The notes: a model not told the origin generated them from the letters alone. 64,000 nucleotides of DNA from Bacilli bacterium (GCA_017410525.1 JAFQQQ010000005.1:81105-145104); one strand, 5' to 3'; positions 10,339 to 19,870 are shown, counted from the stretch's first letter. Numbers and translations are program-made.

Positions 10339-10367
10339 TTGACAAAAAGCTAAAAAAAATATATAAT
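10339..10367 (+). promoter_or_regulatory. Sigma-A type promoter of rpmH (TTGACA-17-TATAAT)
   Basis: TTGACA at 10339-10344, a 17-nt spacer, TATAAT at 10362-10367. Confidence 0.6.
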
Positions 10368-10410
10368 CTATAAAGCAAGCAGAAAAATTATAAGTGATGG
10401 AGGTGTAACG

Positions 10411-10533
10411 ATGAAAAGAACATATCAACCAAATAATCATAGAAAAAGTAAAAAATTAGGATTCATGGCTAGAATGAAAACTAAAATTATTAATAGAAGA
10501 AGAAGAAAAGGACGTAAAGTTTTATCTCATTAA
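10411..10533 (+). CDS. rpmH: 50S ribosomal protein L34
   Basis: [40 protein letters not shown] with a GGAGG RBS. Not in the ORF track (40 codons). Confidence 0.9.
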   Translation: MKRTYQPNNHRKSKKLGFMARMKTKIINRRRRKGRKVLSH

Positions 10534-10537
10534 TAAT

Positions 10538-10568
10538 CCACTGATTCGTCAGTGGTTTTATTTTTATA
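10538..10568 (+). terminator. Rho-independent terminator/attenuator after rpmH
   Basis: CCACTGA-TTCG-TCAGTGG hairpin followed by TTTTATTTTT. Confidence 0.65.
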
Positions 10569-10582
10569 AAGTAGGTGAGTAA

Positions 10583-10933
10583 ATGAAAAAAATCAATATT
10601 TTAAAAAATAGTCGAGATTTTGATAGAATAATAAAAGGAAACAAACCATATAAATATAAGGACTATATTATATATATAGAAAGAAACACTAATGATTTAT
10701 ATAAGTTTGGTTTATCAGTAGGAAAGAAGATAGGTAATGCTGTTAATAGAAATAAAGTTAAAAGACAACTAAAATCCATAATTGATAAAAAAGACTATCA
10801 AAATAATTTCAATTGTATTATAATAGTGGGTAAGGGAATTAATGAAAAAAATTATGAAGAAAAAGAAAAAAATTTATTTTTTGCCCTTAATAATTTAAAT
10901 ATAATAAAGGAGAATACAGATGAAAAAAAATAA
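10583..10933 (+). CDS. rnpA: Ribonuclease P protein component
   Basis: 116 aa with the RNR-like motif AVNRNKVKRQLK. Position between rpmH and yidC. Confidence 0.85.
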   Translation: MKKINILKNSRDFDRIIKGNKPYKYKDYIIYIERNTNDLYKFGLSVGKKIGNAVNRNKVKRQLKSIIDKKDYQNNFNCIIIVGKGINEKNYEEKEKNLFFALNNLNIIKENTDEKK

Positions 10934-11915
10934 AAAGTTATTTATAGTAGTAATTTCTTTAATGTTTTTACTTACTGGATGTACTAAACAATTTAAAGAT
11001 GCTGATGGAAAAGTAGTACAAGATCCAACAACAAAACAAACATTAGTAGAAAACATTTTATGTAGACCTGTTAATTTAAAAGGTACTTATGAAACAGCGA
11101 TAGAAGAAAAAAAAGTAGCACTTAAAAAATTATATGAAGATGGAGATTTATCTAAAAAAGAATATAAATCAAAAGTAGATAGTTTACTTAATTTAGAAGA
11201 ACTTCCTGTTTGTACTGAAATGTCTGTAATAGAAGGCGGATATGAATCAATTTGGACAAGTATATTTGTTAAACCTTTAGCTTGGTTGATTATACAATTA
11301 GGAAAATTAGTTAAAAATTATGGTTTAGCAATCATACTTATAACAGTCCTAATTAAAATAATATTATTTCCATTAACTTATAAATCACTAAAACAAAGTG
11401 AAGCTATAAAAAAAGTTCAACCTAAATTAAATAAAATAGAAAAAAAATATGCTGGGAAAACAGATCAAGAATCAATGATGATGAAATCTAACGAAATGAT
11501 GGCATTATATAAAGAACATAAAATTAATCCTATGTCAGGATGTTTAACTAGTTTCTTACAAATACCAATATTTTTTGCATTCTATGAAGCTCTATATCGT
11601 TTACCACTTCTATTCGAAGGTAAGTTCTTAGGTCTTCATATGGGTATGACACCACTTGCAGCAGCAGGACAAGGTGATTGGTATTACTTAATATTACCAC
11701 TAATAGTTGGACTTGTTACATATTTTTCATTCAAAATGAATAAGAATGGACAACCTAATGATCAAATGAAACAAATGAATATGATGTTTAATATAATGGT
11801 AGTAATGATATTTATAACTTCATTTAGTATGTCGGTCGCAATTATTATATATTGGGTAGTTAATAGTTTATTAGGTATAGGTCAAAACTTATTAATTAAG
11901 AAAGGAAGTAAATAA
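10920..11915 (+). CDS. yidC: Membrane protein insertase YidC/SpoIIIJ (lipoprotein-type)
   Basis: 331 aa with a lipobox (LLTGC), the 60-kDa inner-membrane protein core and conserved TM helices. Confidence 0.85.
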   Translation: MKKNKKLFIVVISLMFLLTGCTKQFKDADGKVVQDPTTKQTLVENILCRPVNLKGTYETAIEEKKVALKKLYEDGDLSKKEYKSKVDSLLNLEELPVCTEMSVIEGGYESIWTSIFVKPLAWLIIQLGKLVKNYGLAIILITVLIKIILFPLTYKSLKQSEAIKKVQPKLNKIEKKYAGKTDQESMMMKSNEMMALYKEHKINPMSGCLTSFLQIPIFFAFYEALYRLPLLFEGKFLGLHMGMTPLAAAGQGDWYYLILPLIVGLVTYFSFKMNKNGQPNDQMKQMNMMFNIMVVMIFITSFSMSVAIIIYWVVNSLLGIGQNLLIKKGSK

Positions 11916-11916
11916 T

Positions 11917-12513
11917 ATGGTAAAAGTTTATAAATTTGAAAGTGATACAGAAGAAAACTGTAGAATTAAATGTTTAGAAGAATTAGATGTTTATAATAAT
12001 GAAATCTTAACAAAAGAATATGCAGAAGAAAATACATATTATATGGAAGTAGTTAAAAAATCAGATGTAGAAGAATATATAAATGAATTTTTAACAAAAA
12101 TAACTACAGATATAGGAGTTAATACAAGAATAGAAATATTAGAAGAAGATGGAGTATTTACTGCTAAAATGTTTTCAAATAATAACTCAATATTAATTGG
12201 AAAAGATGGTAGAACTTTAAAATCTTTACAAGTATTACTTAGACAATCACTTAGTAATCAAATTAAATTTAATGTAAAAGTTAATTTAGATGCATCTAAT
12301 TACAAAATAAAAAAAGAAAGATTTTTTGAAAAAGATATTAAAAACATTATAAATGACGTAATGAAATCTAAAGATGAAGTAAAACTTGATCCAATGAATT
12401 CTTATAAAAGAAGAATCGTACATTCAGTAGCTAGTGAATACTACAATATAGAAACTGAAAGTTTCGGTGAAGAACCAGAAAGATATGTAGTAATTAGATA
12501 TGTAGAAAAATAA
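11917..12513 (+). CDS. jag: Jag/KhpB RNA-binding protein (KH + R3H domains)
   Basis: 198 aa with a C-terminal R3H-like motif (…YKRRIVHSVASEY…). Conserved position after yidC. Confidence 0.8.
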   Translation: MVKVYKFESDTEENCRIKCLEELDVYNNEILTKEYAEENTYYMEVVKKSDVEEYINEFLTKITTDIGVNTRIEILEEDGVFTAKMFSNNNSILIGKDGRTLKSLQVLLRQSLSNQIKFNVKVNLDASNYKIKKERFFEKDIKNIINDVMKSKDEVKLDPMNSYKRRIVHSVASEYYNIETESFGEEPERYVVIRYVEK

Positions 12514-12537
12514 TATACCAAAAGGTATATTTTTTTA
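12513..12537 (+). terminator. Rho-independent terminator after jag
   Basis: ATATACC-AAAA-GGTATAT hairpin plus a T7 run. Confidence 0.6.
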
Positions 12538-12575
12538 TTTAAATATGTTAAACTTAATATATAAGAGGGTTTTAT

Positions 12576-12986
12576 ATGAGAAAAGAAGAAAATTTGAATA
12601 AATTAAAATATTTAAGGCACATTTTAATAGATTATTTATTTGAAACTATAGATGACAACAAGCACATTAAAGAATATTTTGATAAGTATTTATTTTATTC
12701 AACATTTGAAATAGATACTTATGAAAAAATAGGTGATTTTGAATATGTACAATTTGATTTAGCAGCACAAAATACTGGAAATATTTTCAAATATAGATAC
12801 GATATAAAAAATGATGAATATAAATTAATAGATAATCCAGTAATATATTCTGCTAAAGTAGATAATTTTGAAATAAAAAAAGAGATATTAAAAGAAATAT
12901 TTGATATAGCTAGAGAAAATAAAGAATTGTTGGCCGCAGAAAAAGTGTTAACCAAAAAATTAATAAAATTAGAAAGTATATCTTAG
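12576..12986 (+). CDS. Hypothetical protein (no recognisable domain) inserted between jag and mnmE
   Basis: 136-aa ORF, K/E/Y-rich. Confidence 0.5.
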   Translation: MRKEENLNKLKYLRHILIDYLFETIDDNKHIKEYFDKYLFYSTFEIDTYEKIGDFEYVQFDLAAQNTGNIFKYRYDIKNDEYKLIDNPVIYSAKVDNFEIKKEILKEIFDIARENKELLAAEKVLTKKLIKLESIS

Positions 12987-13039
12987 GGTATATTTTTTTT
13001 TATTTTTTTGATATTATATACGTGTTGGGAAGTGATTAT

Positions 13040-14389
13040 ATGAATGATACAATAGCTGCCATTTCAACTACTATGGGTGTAGGGGCTATATCTATAATAA
13101 GAGTAAGTGGAAATGAAGCAATAAATATAGTTAATAGAATATTTAAAGGAAAAGATTTAAATATAGTAGATAGTCATACAATAAATTATGGACATATAGT
13201 AGAAAATAAAAATATAATAGATGAAGTTTTAGTAAGTATTATGAAAGCACCTCGTACTTTTACAAGAGAAGATATAGTAGAAATAAATACACATGGTGGT
13301 ATAGCTATAACTAATAAAGTATTAGAACTCTTACTTTTAAATGGTTGTAGACTTGCTGAACCAGGAGAATTCACTAAAAGAGCTTTCTTAAATGGTAGAA
13401 TAGATTTAATAGAAGCAGAAGGAGTAATGGAATTAATTAATTCTAAAACTGAAAAATCTAGAAAGTTAGCTATTAATCAAGTAAATGGAGAAGTATCTAA
13501 ACTTATAAAAGATTTAAGACAAAAAGTAATAGAAATTTTAGCTAACATAGAAGTTAATATAGATTATCCTGAATATGAAGATATTGAAGAAATGACTAAT
13601 AGTATGATTCTTTCTAATATAGATGATATAGAAAAAGAAATAAAAAATATATTAAGTCATTCAGAAAATAGTAAACTAATAAAAGATGGAATTAAAACAA
13701 TAATAATAGGAAGTCCTAATGTAGGAAAAAGTAGTATATTAAATAGACTTCTTAATGAAGAAAAAGCAATTGTAACAGATATTGCAGGGACAACAAGAGA
13801 TATTGTGGAAGGAAATATTCAAATAGATGGTATAGTTCTTAATATGATAGATACAGCAGGTATCAGAGAAACAGACGATTTGGTAGAAAGCATAGGAGTT
13901 AAGAAAAGTCTTGATTTAATAAATGAAGCTGATTTAATATTATATGTTTTAAATAATAATGAAGACTTAACTAAAGAAGAACAAGAAATATTAGATAGAA
14001 TTAAATATAAAAATAATATAATAATAGTTAATAAAACAGATTTAAAAAATAAATTAAATTTAACTTTATTACCGAATTATATAGAAATGTCAGTTAAAAA
14101 TGATATTGGTATAAATGAATTAAGAAATAAAATAAAAGAAATATTTAATTTAGAAAAAATAGAACAAAACGATTATACTTATTTAAGTAGTGCTCGTTCA
14201 ATATCACTTCTAAAAAAATCATTAGAAAGTTTAGATGCAGTAAGAACAGGTATAGAAAACAATATGCCTATAGATATGGTAGAAATAGATTTAAAACAAA
14301 TGTGGTCAACACTTGGAGAAATAATAGGTGAAACATATACCGATGAACTTATAGATCAATTATTTAGTCAATTTTGTTTAGGAAAATAG
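13040..14389 (+). CDS. mnmE: tRNA modification GTPase MnmE
   Basis: MNDTIAAISTTMGVGAISIIRVSG N-terminus, a G-domain (GSPNVGKSS, DTAGIRE) and a C-terminal CxGK tail. Start is taken at the ATG at 13040, not the upstream GTG at 13022. Confidence 0.9.
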   Translation: MNDTIAAISTTMGVGAISIIRVSGNEAINIVNRIFKGKDLNIVDSHTINYGHIVENKNIIDEVLVSIMKAPRTFTREDIVEINTHGGIAITNKVLELLLLNGCRLAEPGEFTKRAFLNGRIDLIEAEGVMELINSKTEKSRKLAINQVNGEVSKLIKDLRQKVIEILANIEVNIDYPEYEDIEEMTNSMILSNIDDIEKEIKNILSHSENSKLIKDGIKTIIIGSPNVGKSSILNRLLNEEKAIVTDIAGTTRDIVEGNIQIDGIVLNMIDTAGIRETDDLVESIGVKKSLDLINEADLILYVLNNNEDLTKEEQEILDRIKYKNNIIIVNKTDLKNKLNLTLLPNYIEMSVKNDIGINELRNKIKEIFNLEKIEQNDYTYLSSARSISLLKKSLESLDAVRTGIENNMPIDMVEIDLKQMWSTLGEIIGETYTDELIDQLFSQFCLGK

Positions 14390-14413
14390 TATACTTAGTG
14401 TATACTTTTTTTA
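14388..14413 (+). terminator. Rho-independent terminator after mnmE
   Basis: AGTATAC-TTAG-TGTATACT hairpin plus a T7 run. Confidence 0.6.
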
Positions 14414-14489
14414 TTTAATAAAATATTTATTGTTAAAATAAAAAAAAGATAGTATAATATCAACAGAAACACGGAAGTTAGGTGATAAA

Positions 14490-16361
14490 ATGTATGAAAT
14501 CATAGTAGTAGGTGGAGGTCATGCAGGCTGTGAAGCAAGTTTAGCTTGTGCGCGTAAAGGACATAAAACACTACTTGTAACAGGTAATATAAAAAATATA
14601 GCAGATATGCCTTGTAATCCATCTATTGGTGGAAGTGCTAAAGGTATAGTAGTAAGAGAAATAGATGCATTAGGCGGAGAAATGGGGCGAAATGCAGATA
14701 AAAGTTTACTACAAATAAAAATGCTTAATAGTGCTAAAGGTCCTGCTGTTAGGGCACTTAGAGCCCAAGCAGATAAAATAACTTATCCTAAAAATATGAT
14801 TGAAACATTAAATAGTACACCTAATTTAGAAATTAAAGAAGCAATTGTAGAAGATTTAATAGTAGAAGATAATATTATTAAAGGAATAAAATTAGAAGAT
14901 GGAACTTCAATATATAGTGAAGTTGTAATACTTACAACAGGAACATATTTAAAAGCAGATATATTGATTGGGGATAAAAGAACTAGGCAAGGACCTCATG
15001 GAGAAAAACCAAGTAATCATTTAAGTGATAAATTAAAAGATTATGGATTTAATATTATTAGACTTAAAACGGGAACTCCTCAAAGAATAGAAAAGAGTTC
15101 AATAGATTATTCTAAAACAAAAGTTGAATATGGTGATGATAGATATTGGACATTTAGTTTTGATAATGAAATATATTATGATAAAGATAAACAAATACCA
15201 TGTCACTTAATATATACACAACCAGAAACTCATGAAATAATAAGAGAAAATTTAAATAAATCAAGTATGTATGGTGGTTTGGATGATATAAAAGGGGTAG
15301 GGCCAAGATACTGTCCATCAATTGAAGATAAGGTAGTAAGATTTGCTGATAAAGAAAGACATCAATTATTTTTAGAACCTGAAAGTATTTATTATGATGA
15401 CATTTATATTCAAGGTTTTTCAACAAGTATGCCTTCATATGTACAAGAAAAAATGGTGCACTCTCTACCAGGACTTGAAAATGCAATAATAAACAAATAT
15501 GCATATGCAATAGAATATGATGCAATTGATTCAAAACAATTAAAACAATCATTAGAAACAAAAGTAATTGAAAATTTATTTACCGCAGGACAAATAAATG
15601 GTACGAGTGGTTATGAAGAAGCAGCTTGTCAAGGTTTAATTGCTGGTATAAATGCTTGTTTAAAGTTAGAAGGAAAAGAACCTTTAGTACTTAAAAGAAA
15701 TGAAGCATATATAGGTGTTTTAATAGATGATTTAGTAACTAAGGGAATAATAGATCCTTATAGATTATTAACTTCACGTGCTGAATATAGATTACTTTTA
15801 AGACATGATAATGCAGATATGAGACTTAGAGATTATGGTTATCAAGTAGGTTTGGTAGATCAAGAAAGATACGATAAGTTTGAAAATAAGAAAAAAGAAA
15901 TAGAAGAATTAACAGAATCTTTGAAAAATATAAAACTTACTCCAAAAGTTGAAACAAATGAATATTTAACAAGTATTGGATTACCTGAATTAAAAGATGG
16001 AATAAGTTTATATAATTTCATAAAAAGACCAGAAGTAAAATTAGAAACTTTAACTAAGTATATAGAAAAAGAATATTCAAATGAAATACTAGAACAAGTA
16101 GAAATAAATATTAAATATGAAGGATATATAAAAAAAGCGGTAGAAGAAGCTAATAAAATGGTTGATTTAGATAATAAAAAAATACCTGAAGATATAGATT
16201 ATGATAGAATACATAATCTTGCTAGTGAAGCAAAACAAAAATTAAATCAAATAAGACCTACCTCAATAGGACAAGCCTTAAGAATAAGTGGTGTTAATCC
16301 AGCAGATATATCGTTATTGATGGTATATATAAAAAAGGAATATTTTTATGAACAAAGATAG
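14490..16361 (+). CDS. mnmG: tRNA uridine 5-carboxymethylaminomethyl modification enzyme MnmG (GidA)
   Basis: 623 aa with an FAD-binding N-terminus (MYEIIVVGGGHAGCEAS). Confidence 0.95.
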   Translation: MYEIIVVGGGHAGCEASLACARKGHKTLLVTGNIKNIADMPCNPSIGGSAKGIVVREIDALGGEMGRNADKSLLQIKMLNSAKGPAVRALRAQADKITYPKNMIETLNSTPNLEIKEAIVEDLIVEDNIIKGIKLEDGTSIYSEVVILTTGTYLKADILIGDKRTRQGPHGEKPSNHLSDKLKDYGFNIIRLKTGTPQRIEKSSIDYSKTKVEYGDDRYWTFSFDNEIYYDKDKQIPCHLIYTQPETHEIIRENLNKSSMYGGLDDIKGVGPRYCPSIEDKVVRFADKERHQLFLEPESIYYDDIYIQGFSTSMPSYVQEKMVHSLPGLENAIINKYAYAIEYDAIDSKQLKQSLETKVIENLFTAGQINGTSGYEEAACQGLIAGINACLKLEGKEPLVLKRNEAYIGVLIDDLVTKGIIDPYRLLTSRAEYRLLLRHDNADMRLRDYGYQVGLVDQERYDKFENKKKEIEELTESLKNIKLTPKVETNEYLTSIGLPELKDGISLYNFIKRPEVKLETLTKYIEKEYSNEILEQVEINIKYEGYIKKAVEEANKMVDLDNKKIPEDIDYDRIHNLASEAKQKLNQIRPTSIGQALRISGVNPADISLLMVYIKKEYFYEQR

Positions 16362-17049
16362 ATTTATAGAAGAAGTGGAAAGTCTTGGTATAGAAATAAC
16401 AGATAAAAAACTAGAGCAACTAGAAAAATATTATGCACTTCTAATTGAATATAACAAAGTTATGAATTTAACTGGAATTACGGAAAAAGAAGAAGTTTAT
16501 TTAAAACACTTTTATGATTCATTAGCAATATCTAAAATAATAGATTTAAATAATGAAAATAGTTTATGTGATTTAGGAAGCGGAGCAGGATTCCCAGGTA
16601 TTGTTATTAAAATATTTTATCCTCAATTAGAAATAGTTTTAGTAGATTCATTGAATAAGAGAATTAACTTTTTAAATACAGTAATAAAAAAATTAGATTT
16701 AGAAAAAATAACTGCTATGCATTCTAGAATAGAAGAATATGCTGTTGAAAACAAAGAACAATTTGATATTGTAACAGCAAGAGCGGTAGCTCCCCTAAAC
16801 ATTCTTTTAGAATTAGGTATTAATTTAGTAAAAGTTGGGAAATATTTTATAGCTATGAAAGGTAATATAGAAAATGAACCTGAGTATAGTAACGCAATAA
16901 AAAAATTAGATTGTTCTCTGGATAATATTGTAAAATTTAGATTACCAATAGAAGAAAGTAATAGAAGTTTAATAAAAATAAGAAAAGAAAAAACAACTTC
17001 AAAACTTTTTCCTAGAAAATATAGTGATATAAAAAAGAAACCTTTATAA
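16348..17049 (+). CDS. rsmG: 16S rRNA m7G527 methyltransferase RsmG (GidB)
   Basis: 233 aa with a SAM-binding motif (DLGSGAGFPG). Confidence 0.9.
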   Translation: MNKDRFIEEVESLGIEITDKKLEQLEKYYALLIEYNKVMNLTGITEKEEVYLKHFYDSLAISKIIDLNNENSLCDLGSGAGFPGIVIKIFYPQLEIVLVDSLNKRINFLNTVIKKLDLEKITAMHSRIEEYAVENKEQFDIVTARAVAPLNILLELGINLVKVGKYFIAMKGNIENEPEYSNAIKKLDCSLDNIVKFRLPIEESNRSLIKIRKEKTTSKLFPRKYSDIKKKPL

Positions 17050-17070
17050 TAGGTTTTCTTTTTGTTTTCA

Positions 17071-17139
17071 ATTATTTCCCAAAAATATTTATAAATATTT
17101 CCCAAACTTATTGCAATATTTCCCAAAATGTTGTAGAAT
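17071..17139 (+). promoter_or_regulatory. Promoter region of the noc-like gene with three direct repeats of ATATTTCCCAAA
   Basis: ATTTCCCAAA repeated at about 17073, 17096 and 17117 (21-23 bp phasing). These overlap a putative -35 TTGCAA (17111-17116), a 17-nt spacer and an extended -10 TGTAGAAT (17131-17139). Confidence 0.45.
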
Positions 17140-17168
17140 GATAGTGAAGAATAAAAAGGAGGGATATC

Positions 17169-18920
17169 ATGTATGATAATTCATCTAGGGTAATAGAAGT
17201 AGATATCAACGAAATATTACCTAATAGATTTCAACCAAGAATACAATTTGATGAAGAAGAAATATTAGAATTATCTGATTCAATAAAAGAACATGGTGTT
17301 ATCCAACCTTTAGTAGTTAGGACTATTGGAGATAAATATGAAATAATTGCTGGAGAAAGAAGATATAAAGCAAGTGTTCTTGCTGGAAAAGAAACGGTAC
17401 CAGTGATTGTTAAAAATTTAAATGATAAAGATAGTGCAGAAATCGCACTTATAGAAAATATACAAAGAAAAAATTTAACACCTATAGAAGAAGCATTAAG
17501 TTATAAAAAAATTCTTGATATGGGATATATAACTCAAGAAAATCTAGCTTCTAAATTAGGTAAAAGTCAATCTGCAGTTGCTAATAAAATAAGATTATTA
17601 AATTTATCTGATGAAGTTCAAGAAGCATTACTTGAAAATAAAATTTCAGAAAGACATGCAAGATCGCTTTTAAAACTTACAACTTCTAAACAACAAAATG
17701 AAATGTTAAATAGAATTATTTCTGAAAGATTAACAGTTAGAAGAGCAGATGAAGAAATAGAGAAAATGAAAAATAACGTAGAGCAGGACAAAAAAGAAGA
17801 TAATCAAATAATCATAGAAAAAGGGGAAATAGATATGAATAATAATATGTTTGGAATGCCTAATGTTCCACAAACTTCACAACCATCAACAGGCTTTGAT
17901 ATATTTGGACCATCAAATCAACAACCAGTACAACCACAACCTGTAGTTAGTGCAATACCAGAGCCTGAGCAACAACTTGTTACTCCAAGTTTTGATATAT
18001 TTGGTGGCTCAGCAACTTTAGAAATGCCTTCGAGTGTACCGGAAGTTGAAGTTCCAACAATGAATATATCAGCAGTGCCAGAAATGCCAGTAATGAGTGA
18101 AATGGGATTTGGAATAAATAATACAGAATCAACAACACCAGAAATATCATCGAGTGTTCCAAAAATTGAAGTTCCAACAATGGATATACCAGCAGTACCA
18201 GAAATGCCAGCAATGAGTGAAATGGGATTTGGAATAAATAATACAGAATCAACAACACCAGAAATATCATCGAGTGTTCCAAAAATTGAAGTTCCAACAA
18301 TGGATATACCAGCAGTACCAGAAATGCCAGCAATGAGCGAAATGGGATTTGGAATAAATAATACAGGATCAACAACACCAGAAATATCATCGAGTGTTCC
18401 AAAAATTGAAGTTCCAACAATGGATATACCAGCAGTACCAGAAATGCCAGCAATGAGCGAAATGGGATTTGGAATAAATAATACAGGATCAACAACACCA
18501 GAAATACCTTCAAGCGTACCAGAAGTTGAAGTTCCAATAATGGAAGTACCAGTTACTTCACCTATTATAGAAACTCCAATAGCTAGTTCTCCAGTAGAGA
18601 TGCCACAACAAATAGAGAATTCATTTAGCTTTGGAAATAATAATATGAATCCTGTTGAAGTATCTACTCCAGCGGTAGAAACACCAGTAGTACCAGAATT
18701 TAAAATACCAGAACCAATTATTGTTACAGATTATTCTAAACAATATGACCCAGTTATGCCACAATATGGACCAGTAGCTCCAGCAGTTGATTTTAAAGAA
18801 GTAATAAATGCAATAAGAGAATGTTCAAATAAAATAGAACAATATGGATTTAAAATAGATGTAGAAGAAATAGATTTAGTAAATTTATATCAAGCAGTAT
18901 TTAAAATAGAGAAACAATAA
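17169..18920 (+). CDS. ParB/Noc-family protein with a long C-terminal 40-aa tandem-repeat region
   Basis: The N-terminal ~200 aa form a ParB-N domain (…IIAGERRYKAS…, HTH). Residues ~285-460 carry 4.4 copies of the repeat PEISSSVPKIEVPTMDIPAVPEMPAMSEMGFGINNTESTT. Sits in the noc position downstream of rsmG. Confidence 0.8.
   Translation: MYDNSSRVIEVDINEILPNRFQPRIQFDEEEILELSDSIKEHGVIQPLVVRTIGDKYEIIAGERRYKASVLAGKETVPVIVKNLNDKDSAEIALIENIQRKNLTPIEEALSYKKILDMGYITQENLASKLGKSQSAVANKIRLLNLSDEVQEALLENKISERHARSLLKLTTSKQQNEMLNRIISERLTVRRADEEIEKMKNNVEQDKKEDNQIIIEKGEIDMNNNMFGMPNVPQTSQPSTGFDIFGPSNQQPVQPQPVVSAIPEPEQQLVTPSFDIFGGSATLEMPSSVPEVEVPTMNISAVPEMPVMSEMGFGINNTESTTPEISSSVPKIEVPTMDIPAVPEMPAMSEMGFGINNTESTTPEISSSVPKIEVPTMDIPAVPEMPAMSEMGFGINNTGSTTPEISSSVPKIEVPTMDIPAVPEMPAMSEMGFGINNTGSTTPEIPSSVPEVEVPIMEVPVTSPIIETPIASSPVEMPQQIENSFSFGNNNMNPVEVSTPAVETPVVPEFKIPEPIIVTDYSKQYDPVMPQYGPVAPAVDFKEVINAIRECSNKIEQYGFKIDVEEIDLVNLYQAVFKIEKQ
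18025..18550 (+). repeat. 120-bp in-frame tandem repeat (~4.4 copies, ~98% identical) inside the ParB/Noc-like gene
   Basis: Period-120 recurrence of ...gaagttccaacaatggatataccagcagtaccagaaatgcc... at 18050, 18170, 18290, 18410 and 18530. Confidence 0.9.
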
Positions 18921-18949
18921 TTCTCTATTTTTTTGCAAAAAAAATGCAA

Positions 18950-19870
18950 TTAATGCAATTTTTTCATAAGTGCTATACCACATAAATCATTACAACCATA
19001 TGCAGCAATAACACTCCCAATATCACTTTCAATTATTTTATCAAAGTATTTAAAAGAATTTAAATAACTTTTTATTTTATCTAAATCAACTTTATCTTTG
19101 TATAAACTTCCTAAGGCAACTAGTCTTTTATCAAAAGACTCAATATTATTTTCATTAACAATATCCCTTACCATTTTTTCCATACCTTGAGAAGTTGAAG
19201 ATCTAAAAAATTTTTTTAAATAAAGTTCACCATTATCATTTAAATCGACCCTAAATTTAAAACATGCAATTTTAGCAAGTTTAGATGTTGTAGATAATAC
19301 GGTATTTTTTAAATTTGATTTAGTTGTATCTCTACCACTACGAACATAACCGTCAATATTAGGAACATAAAAAGCGGTTTTAATACAATGTTTTAAGTGA
19401 TTTAATTTATCAACCAGTTTTTCAGTTGGTAGATTACTGTTAATTATTTCTTTATATGCTAATTCATAAAGCAGCGTTCCACCAGTAGCACCTGTTAATG
19501 AATCAACAATATATACTTTATTTTTATATTCTTCATTAAGTTGTCTTGCAATTAAATTAGCCCCATTAACACTACCTTGACTAATGCTACTTCCGACACT
19601 TAAATGAATTACATCTTTACCTGTATCTAAAATAGAACGAAAAGTATTTTCAAAATCACCTAATAAAGGTGAAGAAGTTTTATAAATTAAACCTTTATTC
19701 ATATCATCTAAAATTTTTTTGTTATCAATATCAATATTATCATAATATGAATTACCATTATTATCCATTATTTGTGTTGGAATAATGATAGAATTATCTT
19801 TTTTTATTATACACATCGCACTATCTGTTGTAAGAACAAAATTTTTCATTATATGCCTCCTTAATTTCAC
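18950..19870 (-). CDS. DegV family (fatty-acid-binding) protein
   Basis: 306 aa with the DegV-type N-terminus (FVLTTDSAMCII…) and a conserved serine region. Confidence 0.7.
   Translation of the reverse strand: MKLRRHIMKNFVLTTDSAMCIIKKDNSIIIPTQIMDNNGNSYYDNIDIDNKKILDDMNKGLIYKTSSPLLGDFENTFRSILDTGKDVIHLSVGSSISQGSVNGANLIARQLNEEYKNKVYIVDSLTGATGGTLLYELAYKEIINSNLPTEKLVDKLNHLKHCIKTAFYVPNIDGYVRSGRDTTKSNLKNTVLSTTSKLAKIACFKFRVDLNDNGELYLKKFFRSSTSQGMEKMVRDIVNENNIESFDKRLVALGSLYKDKVDLDKIKSYLNSFKYFDKIIESDIGSVIAAYGCNDLCGIALMKKLH

Noticed and set aside
17980-18537. 185-aa minus-strand ORF across the tandem-repeat region with internal repeats
   Set aside because: It is the antisense reading of the 120-bp repeats inside the ParB/Noc-like gene. 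The periodicity is inherited from the sense-strand repeat, so it is not an independent gene.
18025-18550. Possible CRISPR array (regular near-identical repeats)
   Set aside because: Period 120 bp with no unique spacers. The repeats are contiguous, in frame and translate into a continuous protein repeat. No cas genes are present in the window.
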